A DNA stretch of 64,000 bases. Source: Laetmonice hystrix. Its lineage: Eukaryota. The notes beneath the pieces were generated by a model. That model did no database searches, was not told the DNA's origin, and saw only the letters and a list, made by a program, of their open reading frames with translations. This document shows positions 13,189-26,479 of the stretch, one piece after another. The DNA lies in the NCBI GenBank assembly GCA_965235115.1, contig OZ249438.1, positions 28,892,001 to 28,956,000 of the forward strand. The letters run 5' to 3'. The position numbers and the translations under genes were made by a program. Position 1 is the first letter of the stretch. Each line of letters starts with the position of its first letter.

Positions 13189-13758
13189 GAGGTCATTGAC
13201 GGGATGTTGCCGTATTACAGATTACGAATGAGAATTGAAGCCGTGGAATTCTCGTGCGTGGAATTCTCAGTGCTGCTCACAGACCTCTCCGATAGCAATG
13301 CGTTTTACTTAAGATGACAGAAGCAGTTGATCTCTGACCTGAAGTACTAAAATATTGATCTGTAAGTCGAGGTCCTGCATTCATAATGAATGGCGTTCTG
13401 ACAAGAAAATGGTTGCGCCAGCTGATGTTGACCGAAAGTCGGCATGTCTACACGCGGTCCACAGTAATTCTTGCCCGGTTTCTCATCTATCCGCCGTAAT
13501 AAACACTTTACGGACACGCTTTATCTTTCACGTGATTGTCACCACATTTTACAAGTAGTCCCTTTCACTCCAATAAACACACACTGACTTCGAGTGAGAA
13601 AACGAAATCTTACTGAGTATGGACCGCCAAGAGGTGATACGTCATTCTTGGGACACGACATCCTTCATCAGCTACCGTTTCTTACCACGGATTCAAATCT
13701 ACAATATCATATAGGTTTGCGTGTATCTTTACTTTGCATATTTGTTCTCACAGTATTT

Positions 13759-15141
13759 TAAGCCCAGTGTCTGTCTAACTGGCTTGTGTTCACAATGTCA
13801 TTTCGATGTTAAGCCCAGTGTCTGTCTAACTGGCTTGTGTTCACAATGTCATGTCGATGTTAAGCCCAGTGTCTGTCTAACTGGCTTGTGTTCACAATGT
13901 CATGTCGATGTTAAGCCCAGTGTCTGTCTAACTGGCTTGTTTTCACAATGTTATGTGTACGTTAAGCCCAGTGTCTGTCTAACTGGCTTGTTTTCACAAT
14001 GTTATGTGGACGTTAAGCCCAGTGTCTGTCTAACTGGCTTGTTTTCACAATGTCATGTCGATGTTAAGCCCAGTGTCTGTCTAACTGGCTTGTGTTCACA
14101 ATGTCATGTCGATGTTAAGCCCAGTGTCTGTCTAACTGGCTTGTTTTCACAATGTTATGTGGACGTTAAGCCCAGTGTCTGTCTAACTGGCTTGTTTTCA
14201 CAATGTCATGTCGATGTTAAGCCCAGTGTCTGTCTAACTGGCTTGTTTTCACAATGTTATGTGGACGTTAAGCCCAGTGTCTGTCTAACTGGCTTGTTTT
14301 CACAATGTCATGTCGATGTTAAGCCCAGTGTCTGTCTAACTGGCTTGTTTTCACAATGTCATGTCGATGTTAAGCCCAGTGTCTGTCTAACTGGCTTGTG
14401 TTCACAATGTCATGTCGATGTTAAGCCCAGTGTCTGTCTAACTGGCTTGTTTTCACAATGTTATGTGTACGTTAAGCCCAGTGTCTGTCTAACTGGCTTG
14501 TTTTCACAATGTTATGTCGATGTTAAGCCCAGTGTCTGTCTAACTGGCTTGTTTTCACAATGTTATGTGGACGTTAAGCCCAGTGTCTGTCTAACTGGCT
14601 TGTTTTCACAATGTCATGTCGATGTTAAGCCCAGTGTCTGTCTAACTGGCTTGTTTTCACAATGTCATGTCGATGTTAAGCCCAGTGTCTGTCTAACTGG
14701 CTTGTGTTCACAATGTCATGTCGATGTTAAGCCCAGTGTCTGTCTAACTGGCTTGTTTTCACAATGTTATGTGTACGTTAAGCCCAGTGTCTGTCTAACT
14801 GGCTTGTTTTCACAATGTTATGTCGATGTTAAGCCCAGTGTCTGTCTAACTGGCTTGTTTTCACAATGTTATGTGGACGTTAAGCCCAGTGTCTGTCTAA
14901 CTGGCTTGTTTTCACAATGTTATGTGGACGTTAAGCCCAGTGTCTCTCTAACTGGCTTGTGTTCACAATGTTATGTGTACGTTAAGCCCAGTGTCTGTCT
15001 AACTGGCTTGTTTTCACAATGTTATGTGGACGTTAAGCCCAGTGTCTGTCTAACTGGCTTGTTTTCACAATGTCATGTCGATGTTAAGCCCAGTGTCTGT
15101 CTAACTGGCTTGTTTTCACAATGTCATGTAGATGTTAAGCC
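13759..15141. repeat. 51-bp minisatellite, about 27 copies
   Basis: GTTAAGCCCAGTGTCTGTCTAACTGGCTTGTTTTCACAATGTCATGTCGAT; no indels. Confidence 0.97.
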
Positions 15142-15935
15142 TTTCTTATTCAAAATGCGATCCCTGAGGAAGCATCTTTTTCCGGAAAGGAAAAACTCTG
15201 CATGACAGCATCCTCCTGTCCGGAGACTGTACAGCCTCTCCAAACAAAGAATTAAACAAATTGCTTTAATAAACGCCTGTTTCACAAATCCCGAGAACAA
15301 TAAGACTATGGCAACTCTTTTAATTCAAACGGTAAATATGCCATCCTGCTAAATGCAGAAAGTAAACACAGGAAAAGACTATCCGGCTTAAAATTAATGG
15401 TCGCGGGTTGTTGGAGAAATTCACACCATCCGGTTCTGGACACACCAACACTGGTTACTTTCTCTAGGACCAGTCACAGGAGAATTTGTTAAAATAACAA
15501 CAGGAGGCACATGGTGCATTCCATCGTTAAGTTTTATTCTATCGGTTTCTGTCTTCGCACTTTCAATCATGGCGAGCCATGGATATGTTAGATTTCATAT
15601 GCAGTAACGTGACTAGAGGTTACCCCCATATAGAAGGACACCGTGTTTTCTAAACCAGGCTAATCCTGAACGGCGCCAGGCGTAATTTATCACCGTCATC
15701 TTTCAGAGCTCCGACCTGAAATCTCGACGTGGCCCTCATGAAATTACTTCGACTGTTTGACTGCAATTAGTTAAAAACTGATTGCTACATGATGCCGTTC
15801 ACCAAAGTGGAGATGAATGGACTCTATTCCAGTTCTCAAATATATGTAGGCCGACGTCTTCCTTACTTTGTGGGCACATTGAGCACATGAGTTTCTGTTG
15901 CATTAGATGAACTCTGTCACGTACGTAAGTAAGCT

Positions 15936-17293
15936 ATACACTGCAGCCACAGCTCTATATTCGCATTATTATCATACAGTGCAGCCACAGCTCTATATTC
16001 TCATCATACACTGCAGCCACAGCTCTATATTCGCATTATTATCATACACTGCAGCCACAGCTCTATATTCGCATTATTATCATACAGTGCAGCCACAGCT
16101 CTATATTCTCATCATACAGTGCAGCCACAGCTCTATATTCTCATTATTATCATACACTGCAGCCACAACTCTATATTCTCATTATTATCATACACTGCAG
16201 CCACAGCTCTATATTCTCATTATTATCATACACTGCAGCCACATCTCTATATTCTCATTATTATCATACACTGCAGCCACAGCTCTATATTCTCATTATT
16301 ATCATACACTGCAGCCACAACTCTATATTCGCATTATTATCATACACTGCAGCCACAGCTCTATATTCTCATTATTATCATACACTGCAGCCACAGCTCT
16401 ATATTCTCATTATTATCATACACTGCAGCCACAGCTCTATATTCTCATTATTATCATACACTGCAGCCACAGCTCTATATTCTCATTATTATCATACACT
16501 GCAGCCACACTCAGCTCTATATTCTCATTATTATCATACACTGCAGCCACAACTCTATATTCGCATTATTATCATACAGTGCAGCCACAGCTCTATATTC
16601 TCATTATTATCATACACTGCAGCCACAACTCTATATTCGCATTATTATCATACACTGCAGCCACAGCTCTATATTCTCATTATTATCATACACTGCAGCC
16701 ACAGCTCTATATTCTCATTATTATCATACACTGCAGCCACAGCTCTATATTCTCATTATTATCATACACTGCAGCCACAGCTCTATATTCTCATTATTAT
16801 CATACACTGCAGCCACAGCTCTATATTCTCATTATTATCATACACTGCAGCCACAGCTCTATATTTTCATTATTATCATTCACTGCAGCCACAGCTCTAT
16901 ATTCTCATTATTATCATACACTGCAGCCACAGCTCTATATTCTCATTATTATCATACACTGCAGCCACATCTCTATATTCTCATTATTATCATACACTGC
17001 AGCCACAGCTCTATATTCTCATTATTATCATACACTGCAGCCACATCTCTATATTCTCATTATTATCATACACTGCAGCCACATCTCTATATTCTCATTA
17101 TTATCATACACTGCAGCCACAGCTCTATATTCTCATTATTATCATACACTGCAGCCACATCTCTATATTCTCATTATTATCATACACTGCAGCCACATCT
17201 CTATATTCTCATTATTATCATACACTGCAGCCACATCTCTATATTCTCATTATTATCATACACTGCAGCCACAGCTCTATATTATCAGTATTA
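15936..17293. repeat. 38-bp minisatellite, about 35 copies
   Basis: ATACACTGCAGCCACAGCTCTATATTCTCATTATTATC. Confidence 0.97.
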
Positions 17294-17299
17294 TCATCC

Positions 17300-17430
17300 C
17301 AAGCCTTAGTGATGCCTAATCCCACAATAATATCCTGTGATAACTGATAGAACGCCTCGGTTATATCCTCCATATCTCTGTTAGTGTAGCCCTGACATTT
17401 ACAACATTGCCCACGTATTCGCCACATTAA
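17300..17430 (-). mobile_element. Possible decayed LINE AP-endonuclease fragment
   Basis: CQGYTNRDMEDI...DIIVGLGITKAW resembles the N.GL.NK...DII.I.ETW motif. Confidence 0.2.
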
Positions 17431-18569
17431 GATATTCTCTTCCCAAAGTAAACCGATAGGAATACCCTGATGTGTCTTCTTGGCGTCAGAATGGGATTGA
17501 TGATCCCGGCAGTCTGCCGAGAGACAATCCTTAATCTGGTGGGTGACACCGTCAACGTTAGCCTTCAGTCGCTACACGTTCCGCTGTAAATTACTATCGA
17601 CAGGAGAATCTGTTCACGGAGGTAAGAGACGCTAGCCATGCCGCGTCTGTCACAACGTCACGGATCGCTCCCAACACGCCAACAGTCGCGTTATCGACAA
17701 GGATGTCGATTAATGGCACGCACATATTGATGACAATATATGATGTAATTTACTTTAAGGAGAGGCCGTCGTGAACACGTCTCTGTCCCTGGAACTGTTC
17801 ATATTCTGGAGGCTGTTCATCTAATGTGTCCCATGTAATCTTTCTTCTCGGCGCTACAACATCTCTGGAGCCAAAACTCCAATATCTGCCATATGTAGCC
17901 ACTCAAATCCTCATCACTGTGCCCAAAGACGCTCTTACTCTGGTCTGAAACATGAGCAATGGGAAGACTAAATCAGATTGCACCTTGGGCCAATCCTCTT
18001 TCCAGTTTTTAGGTCCAAAAAGGATCATCCAAAACAAATCCGTAGAACCTCCTGGTCTCAGCCTCGAGTCCCGCTGATGTTTGGCGCCACTAAAATGGTT
18101 CCGATTCTGATGAATGACGTCTCAGCACACAGCAAAAAGGTCTCTTAAAGAATCGTATATCTTATGTGAATATAAATGTTTTACGGACAGAACTTTCTCT
18201 GAGACAAAAATAATCTGCTGTACGCTTCAATTAGCTTGCCACATGTTTCCCATAATTCCGGTGGCCCTCCCACAGCAGATTTGTAAAAATTAGCGTTGAG
18301 CAATGGTAAGGCGGATCTAATATTAGACGTTGTGCATGGGGGAAATGTGGGATGTCGACCGGGCGGTGAGGATCAATGAGTCCGTCGGACAATCTGTGCC
18401 ACTGGGCGCCTTGCAGCCTCCCTGTATGCCTCCCCCCCCCCTCTCTCTCTCCCTCAGCCAAAGGATCTTATCACGTGTTGCATTTATCAGTGCCATTCCA
18501 TTGGTGGCCTGTCGCCTCCGGTTAACGGACGTCAGGATTTCTGGACACCCGAGGACCTGAGCTCGATCA

Positions 18570-18698
18570 GTCATCTGTGGACGTATTGGGTAACGGACAC
18601 GTAACACAATACCTATCTCCGTCATTAACTGTGCAGTCATCTGTGGACGTATTGGGTAACGGACACGTAACACAATACCTATCTCCGTCATTAACTGT
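18570..18698. repeat. About 65-bp direct duplication x2
   Basis: GTCATCTGTGGACGTATTGGGTAACGGACACGTAACACAATACCTATCTCCGTCATTAACTGTG twice. Confidence 0.9.
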
Positions 18699-20817
18699 GT
18701 AACTCAGTCAGACCATCATCCAGCTGACCGCTCCGATAATCGGTCACCGGCAGGTAGATTCAAATTTAGGACAGATTGAAGTAAAAGTCACGTGGCGTTT
18801 CTTCAGTTAGTTCAGGTTGCCTATAATCGCAGCTGGTGTGACCGATCCTCGGTTTATTCCGAGTGATCTGATGAAATCCATAGAGTACCTGACCTCTTCA
18901 GTGACAACTCATCCCTGGATGGTCCCTCCAGGAGCTGTACATGTGCTGAGAGAATGAACGTTTCGAGCGGAGCTACCTTTAGTAATATTGGTGGAACTTG
19001 ATACCATCTTGGCAAAGAGCTTTCGCTCGCCGTCAAGAAGAAGAAATATAATATTATCAGAAAAAAGGTCAATAACACATCAAATGTGTTTGCCTTATGA
19101 GGTGGAGTTTGTTTAGTTAATAACACTGGAGATACAGTCAGTGGGTCCCGGTGTGAGGTCAAGGAGAACTGCAACTATAATATACACAGTTCTACCAGAA
19201 AGTGAGACCTCGGAATTACGAATACAAAAAATGGTCCGACTGACTTTCTTCATGTTTCAACGTTTATTTTTGTCTGATAATTTAAGCGACTTTGGGTACG
19301 CTTTTTGATCTGCTGGTGATCTGCAGGCATGTTGATGACTGGATCAAGATGGTCCTAGGCGGACTGAAACGACCGTATTCAGTACTTCCTGGGATGATTC
19401 GATTAACTGAGAGCGGAAGGACTTCTGAATGTCAGACACGTAGCTTTAACATCCCTACACGTACCACAATTCACACAGGCCAGTCCGTCCCGGGGGATTC
19501 TTCTTTAACATTCACCAGTCGAGCTTTCTGAGGTGTCTGTCTACTTCTGGCTCCCCCCTCATGCCTATATGCACTGCTTCAAACGGACTCCTGGCTGGAA
19601 GTGTCCACGGGGCGGGTCTTTGTCAGCCAGCATTTGAATTTTAGAATTTCTCACTGTAGGAGCACGGCACAGCAGCTGCAGCGCACAGCACAATGAGGCA
19701 GTACACCTTTCTGATCAATGTGAAGTACCCCCCCCCCCCCCAGCAACATTGACCGATGGCTTAAACGTATGCACTGCGTACGCTGAGTGCACCGAGGCCA
19801 GCCTTGGTCCACGTGTTCAGGCGAGCCGAGATAGCGTGGAGACCAGTCGGGAGGAGATCACGGAGCTACCAGGCCCTCCACGGATGGGGCACTACTCTAG
19901 TGCATGCTCGACTGCAATTACCGTACATTCTGGGTGGCTTTCAATCCACTTAAATACATGGTATAATCAAGTCGTAGAGAAAGCCTGGCGTCTAGTGCAT
20001 GTCATCCAACACTTCATCAATCAGCTCAAAACTCCGGCAATAAGTCAGCTCTCTTGCTCGATGGAAATCTTGCCAATTGCTTTCATACGCAGCCCTATTG
20101 CGCTTTGTGGTGGAGAATGTATACGGGACCAGAGTGGCATTGAAGACCATTCATTGAGGAGCCCTAATGGTATCATATAACTTATTATTCATCCAGTATA
20201 TAGCGAACTCGTGCTAGATAGGGTCCTCGTTAGCAGATGATATTAATACAATAAGAAATATGTATGAGAAAGGAGAAGATGGGTCCGCGCACTTGCGAGA
20301 ATCATTAAATTGGATTGGTGTCAGGTATCTCGATCCGTTTCGAATACTACTTAGTAGTCTCTATTACACCCGCTGTGTAGTGACCTACATTATATTTGTA
20401 TAAATCCTCTTTCTGCCTCTCGCCTTCAGGAACATACATGTACAACCAATCTAACATCTCAATAATCCAATCATGTTCTCGTGTTCTCCCGTCCTTGGCG
20501 AAAGCACGAGTGGTAGAAAGAATTCCACGGGTGCGAAATGGAATCCGACTGCCAAATCTCCATATTACTTTACTGAACTATTCTATTTCTGATCCTACAA
20601 GTATGCGTGTCCTATATTTTTTCGCCCCAAACTATTTATCTGGATTACCTATCTGCAGCACAAACCTCTCCCTTCCTTACGCCAACCCGTCTACAGTACA
20701 TCTCCGCATGCAGTTGGCGTACCGCGACGTTTGGGGTGGCGGTATGTTTACTTTAGACGTTCGTTCATCGGTTGTTAGGGTTACTGCTACAATCTGGGTA
20801 GATATGTCTATGGTCGG

Positions 20818-21904
20818 TGGATGGAGGCTGCGGGGGAAGCTGGGCCTTCTCACTGATGGAGGCTGAGGGTGGAGCTGGGCCTTCTCACTGATGGAGGCTG
20901 AGGGTGGAGCTGGGCCTTCCCAATGATGGAGTCTGAGGGTGGAGCTGTGCCTTCTCATTGATGGAGGCTGAGGGTGGAGCTGGGCCTTTTCAATGATGGA
21001 GTCTGAGGGTGGAGCTGGGCCTTCTCACTGATGGAGGCTGAGGGTGGAGCTGGGCCTTCTCACTGATGGAGGCTGAGGGTGGAGCTGGGCCTTCTCACTG
21101 ATGGAGGCTGAGGGTGGAGCTGGGTCTTCTCATTGATGGAGCCTGATGGTGGAGCCGGGCGTTCTCACTGATGAAGGCTGAGGGTGGAGCTGGGCCTTCC
21201 CACTGATGGAGGCTGAGGGTGGAGCTGGGCCTTCTCACTGATGGAGGCTGAGGGTGGAGCTGGGCCTTCTCACTGATGGAGGCTGAGGGTGGAGCTGGGC
21301 CTTCTCACTGGTGGAGGCTGAGGGTGGAGCTTGGTCTTCTCACTGATGGAGGCTGAGGGTGGAGCTGGGCCTTCTCACTGAGGGAGGCTGAGGGTGGAGC
21401 TTGGTCTTCTCACTGATGGAGGCTGAGGGTGGAGCTTGGTCTTCTCACTGATGGAGGCTGAGGGTGGAGCTGGGCCTTCTACTGATGGAGGCTGAGGGTG
21501 AAGCTGGGCCTTCTCACTGATGGAGACTGAGGGTGGAGCTGGGCCTTCTCCCTGATGGAGGCTGAGGGTGGAGCTTGGCCTTCTCCCTGATGGAGGCTGA
21601 GGGTGGAGCTGGGCCTTCTCACTGATGAAGGCTGAGGGTGGCTTGGTCTTCTCACTGATGGAGGCTGAGGGTGGAGCTGGGCCTTCTCACTGGTGGAGGC
21701 TGAGGGTGGAGCTGGGCCTTCTAACTGATGGAGTCTGAGGGTGGAGCTGGGCCTTCTCACTGATGGAGTCTGAGGGTGGAGCTGGGCCTTCTCACTGATG
21801 GAAGCTGAGGGTGGAGCTGGGCCTTCTCACTGATGGAAGCTGAGCGGGGAGCTGGGCCTTCTCACTGATGGAGGCTGAGGGTGGAGCTGGGCCTTCTCAC
21901 TGAT
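20818..21904. repeat. 35-bp minisatellite, about 31 copies
   Basis: GCTGAGGGTGGAGCTGGGCCTTCTCACTGATGGAG. Confidence 0.96.
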
Positions 21905-23318
21905 ATGACTCATGGTCAGGTGTATTCCAACTCTTTCTGTACTACCCAGAGTGGTTAGAATGACCCATGATTCCTGGGTATTCGTGTGAAGGTGGCGAGT
22001 TTTATACTGACGCTACTGTTAGTAGGCTACCACATCTAAACAGGCATAATCTGAGGACCCACTAAATTATTGACACGTGGTGTAGACATACAAACCGTCC
22101 CATTGCCACCAGAAACGGACTCATCAATTGTCACATGAACTGGCATCAACCTATCACAGAGCAGAACGGTGGGAGACTCAAATAGCAAGCGCAAGTCAAA
22201 AAGGATCAGGGCAGACGGTCAACTAGTAATGCGCCAATACATGGTATGAGTAAAAACAGATCAACACATCACAAAACCATTATCTCAGTTTGGTCTAAAG
22301 TTTACGAGAGTGATTCAACCCTCCGTAAACATCATTCTCTCCCTGAACCCATAGAACATGCTGTAATCTGCTTGCATCCAAACCATCATGTTACCTCGCA
22401 GGCTTCCTTTTTTCTCTCTTTTACAAATAAACCAAATTGTAAACTTGAGGCTGCCACCAGGTGTTGTCTGATAACTCTCGCCTGGTCGACGAAAAACTGA
22501 TGATCAAGTGTTACTAACATCTGGATTTTACCACCAACTGAAAGGCATCTTGCAGTCTACTGAGCCCAGTGAAGAAATAGCCTAGTGTCCGAAGGTGGAA
22601 GGATGGTATGTGTTTTGCCCTTCAGACTAACGGAAATACCTTATTTTTCTGCTTGATTTGTTTTATCTCTTCCGTACATATAATTATATACACGCAGTTC
22701 AAATTTAATTTCTAGTTTAACAGCTTTGAATTAATAAATTACCTGACTGAAGCTGGCCGGTCAGATTCCGTTAACCATGCCGGGATGTACTTAGACACCA
22801 ATATGATTTGTTTGGTGTCCCAATGTGAATGGACGCCACCTTAGATGCTAATCTTGTAAACACGTTCTCGGTTGGACCAATTGTGATCTGATGTTAAGGG
22901 CGACTGTTCACTTCACATGCCCTGGACGTATCGTGATTCGATGTAAAGGTCGATCGTTCACTTGGATGCCATGCCCTGCACACAGACCTCTTGTGGACTT
23001 TAAGAGGCCTGCGTCCAGAGCCCAGAGCGACGTGGGTGCACTTTGATCTGCTCGGAGGCAAGCAGTTATACCAGGTGGTAAAACGTACCAGTGGTGAAAT
23101 TGGCCGGCGTAATTGGCCAGGAGCAGGCGGAGAGGGAATCACCTAATGTAGTCCCTTGTGGCCGTCCCGTGTCACCACCCCAGTGTCGGCCCTTTCAGGC
23201 GACCATCATTTCATTTGGATACTATACAGGAGTGGAGACTGCCGATTACAGCTCTCACCAATACCTGCTGGGTGATAAATAGCCTTGTCAGACCGAAACC
23301 TAGCCAATTTAGCCCTCC

Positions 23319-23329
23319 TTAATAGGGAA
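23319..23329 (-). CDS. Candidate terminal mini-exon of the secreted protein (would end ...ITYQSVPY*)
   Basis: Strong acceptor tttcttttgttcttacag; phase 1 reads G|TT CCC TAT TAA. Other downstream exons cannot be excluded. Confidence 0.3.
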
Positions 23330-24498
23330 CTGTAAGAACAAAAGAAACTGGCCACTTGCATCTACTCTGATCTTGGTGCATGTAAATTGATCTCAATGTG
23401 AGGTCTTGGTCTCCGCGGAGAGAGCGACGAGTTGTTGTCTCGATCTGTCCTCAGGCGAGTCAACATTCTGTATTCATGAAAGATCGGGCATAAAGGCAAC
23501 CGCTGCACTCACTCAAAATGGGTTCTAATTTCAGATCTCCTCAGTCAAAAACAACGTATGGGCAAATATATATGTTTCCTTTCTAGGGTTATATCCCGCC
23601 CGTAAAATAATATGTGTGGTTCAGATGTCTCGAGAATCTCATGAGGATATCATAAATAATATCCACCATGCACATTTCACACATTTTTTACCGACAACAC
23701 TACCAACATTCTGATCACAAACTGCTTTAAATCCAAAGAAGTTCCATTTGATTACGGACAGGGTAAACCACAGTGGGATTGGTTTGTTCACAGTTTATTC
23801 TGGTTGGAATAAATAGAGTTAGCAATTTTATTTATCAGCAAGACAGATATTAAGAAAGAAGTTCAGAGCGGCTTCCATGCTATGCATATATATCGCGAAG
23901 CGGATCTAAATAGAATTTCTTATAAAAAACAGCACTGTAGTATAAAAAAATCTAACGGCATTTGTTGCATTTGAGCAGATCTATATATATATCACAGCTT
24001 CGACGGGCATGTCTGATAAGTTATGGTTCACAAGAGTAATTGTGAAATGTGGTCACACAGGACACGAGGCAGTTCGCCGGGCCAGCGTTGACCTGGCGTT
24101 TCCAGAAACCGAAATGAAAACCTCATGTTTTAAGACGCTTTTTTTTGGGGGGGGGGGGTTGCGGGGGAGTTGCGGTTAAAAATTTCCGAACAAGAAATTA
24201 AAGGTCTGTTTTAGACAAATGTTGTTCCAATAGTACGTCGTGTATAATATACTGAACGGAACTGAAAACGCATAGGTCCAAATGTATATTTTCATCACAA
24301 GTAGGATGTGCAAATTGTTTTGGTTGAGAACAGAAATACCACTGAGTTACTGATACTGACCTGGCTTCTTATCAAATATCGAATCTGAGTGTTCCTTTCA
24401 AATCAATATTTGAGCTATATTTTTAGCCTATGCTTTTTCATTGCCGTTCAGTATATAAAACCATTCTACTTTATTACCAGTCAAAAATTTGGACCTAC

Positions 24499-26479
24499 CG
24501 CTCTGGTAGGTGATGACAATCTTTGGGTTCTCTCGACTTGGGTAGTGGCCTGACTTCCGGCGCTCCTTCACAACGACAGTAGATCCATTTCTCTCTCGGG
24601 TCTGGCTGTGAAGCCTTGCCGTGGCCTTGCTATCATTAAGGGCTCCAGAACTGATATGATCATTTGGAGATTTGGGATCCGTTTTGGCGCGGCCATCACG
24701 GGGTAGTGTTTGCTTGGGTGCGGCGACGGCCGCGATATTAGCAGTATCCTGATGGCTTTCATTGTGTTGCGTCTCTGAGCTGATGTAGATATGAGTGTGG
24801 TCGGTGCCTTTCCATTGCCTGCTTAGATTACTGCTGCTGCTCGTGCTATCAATGAGAGTGAAACTCAAAGAGTGCGAGGTAACTTTGCTACGTGGCAGAT
24901 CAGGAGGGGCAGAAGAAACCTTTGACAGCAAACTGTCCTTAGTTGGCATTTGCCCCGTTACTTTCACTGGGTTGCTGTTACTCGCCTGCACGTTGCTCCC
25001 ATTAACGCTGGATTTCTTACTCTTGTTCAGTTCTTTCAAAGGCGTTTCTCTTTCCGACTCCGACGACACATCAGAGGCGACATTCATCAAGTCACTTGCA
25101 TTCATGGTCTGTTCAAAAGGATTTGATAAAGTTTCTGAAGAATTGAGGACCGTCCAATCTACTGCGTCCTGTGAAGTTGTAGCGTTCCAATCAGGGTGGA
25201 TATTGGCCGGCCTGTCCATGTCGGGTGTGGATTTACTCATTTCATCAGTCTCCCCTTCACTGTCCTCCTCTTCAATGTTGGTCGGGCTTTCCTCTGTAGC
25301 TGTCTCCTGCTGGCCCTCCTCGTACGCCTCAGTGTTGTAGTAGCCGTGGGAGGAGGTGTTGAGAGTCGTGCCGTTTGTCCTGAAACGGGCAGGTATGTAC
25401 TTGTAATGAAGCCCTGCCTGACTCCTGCAGTCTTCCTCCTCCATATCCTTGACCACCGTACCGTTCAACATGATACACACCTTGCCGATGGTGACCCGGC
25501 GGGCCGTCTCCGGGTCAAGGTCGTCAAACAGTGACGTTCTGTTGTAGTACGTCGTGTCGTTCTGAATGTTCCATCTGAGCACCCTCGGTGGCGCCCCTTC
25601 CTTTCCTACTGTGGCGTTACCCCAGAACCTGTCGTCCTCTACAGGGCCCTCAGTGTCCTCCTCAACAGGTCCGCTCTCATCCCTGTCTGAACCCAGTGGA
25701 AACTCAGATAAGGACGATCCGCCTGTGGTGGAATTCCTGTCAGATGTTACATTTGTATTCACTGCTAGATTCTCTACGCCATCCGTTGGTACACCATGGC
25801 TGTCACTTACCAATTCGTCTGTCACTATTTCTTCCTGGGTGGGCTCTTTGCCGGTCGTGCCCACGTTGGCTGTCAATGTTTTATCTTTCGTTTTTTCACT
25901 GTCCGTTGTAACATGAATGGGATTTAAAGATTCCTCCCTTGTTAATTTACCATTAGTCGTGCCGTGTTTTGATTGCGATTCTTCAAAAGCTAAGTTTGGG
26001 ACGAGTACCTCCTCAAAGGTTGTGGAATTTTCTTCCAGGCGGGAGAAATCAAAAGGTTTGGCTTTGATCTGTGTCTCAGGTGTGGCAGGCTCAATAGATA
26101 GCACTTCTGGTTGTGTTTCCTCTGTCTGAACGCTGAGCTCAAGTGATGTGTCAGTTTTATCTTCATGCTCGTTCGGCTGGAGAATCGCGCCAGTGCCCGG
26201 CTGTGACGGGAACGACCTACGACTGTCCATGCGCTGAGATACAGCAGAGAAGATTGCACTTGTAATTTCTTGTTGACCTTTCGATCGGCCTCTAGTTGAG
26301 GCGGGAAGGCTGCTGGGAGACGTCGGGGCTGCCTTGATGGAGACACACACGGAAATCAAGGTTACGAGACACAAAACCCAGCTGCCCTTCCGCCAACACT
26401 CATAAACTGGCACTGGTCGACCTCCCGGACTCTCCATGTCTAACACTGGCCGCACTGGCTGGAACTGACGTACAACCAT
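24499..26479 (-). CDS. Large coding exon of an unrecognised secreted or surface, acidic Ser/Thr-rich glycoprotein
   Basis: 2-kb non-repetitive ORF; hydrophobic SWVLCLVTLISVCVSIKA|AP near the N-terminus; over a dozen N-x-S/T sequons. Strong acceptor (ttgttatatttttcag) at 26701-26702 and donor AGCG|gtaggt at 24498. ATG at 26479 or 26437. Confidence 0.78.

Noticed and set aside
15907-17319. 470- and 396-aa ORFs
   Set aside because: 38-bp unit (not a multiple of 3); stop-free in several frames by composition.
22742-23142. Alternative downstream exons for the secreted protein (GDSLSACSWP..., GGVHSHWDT...)
   Set aside because: Poor polypyrimidine tracts and no recognisable domain.
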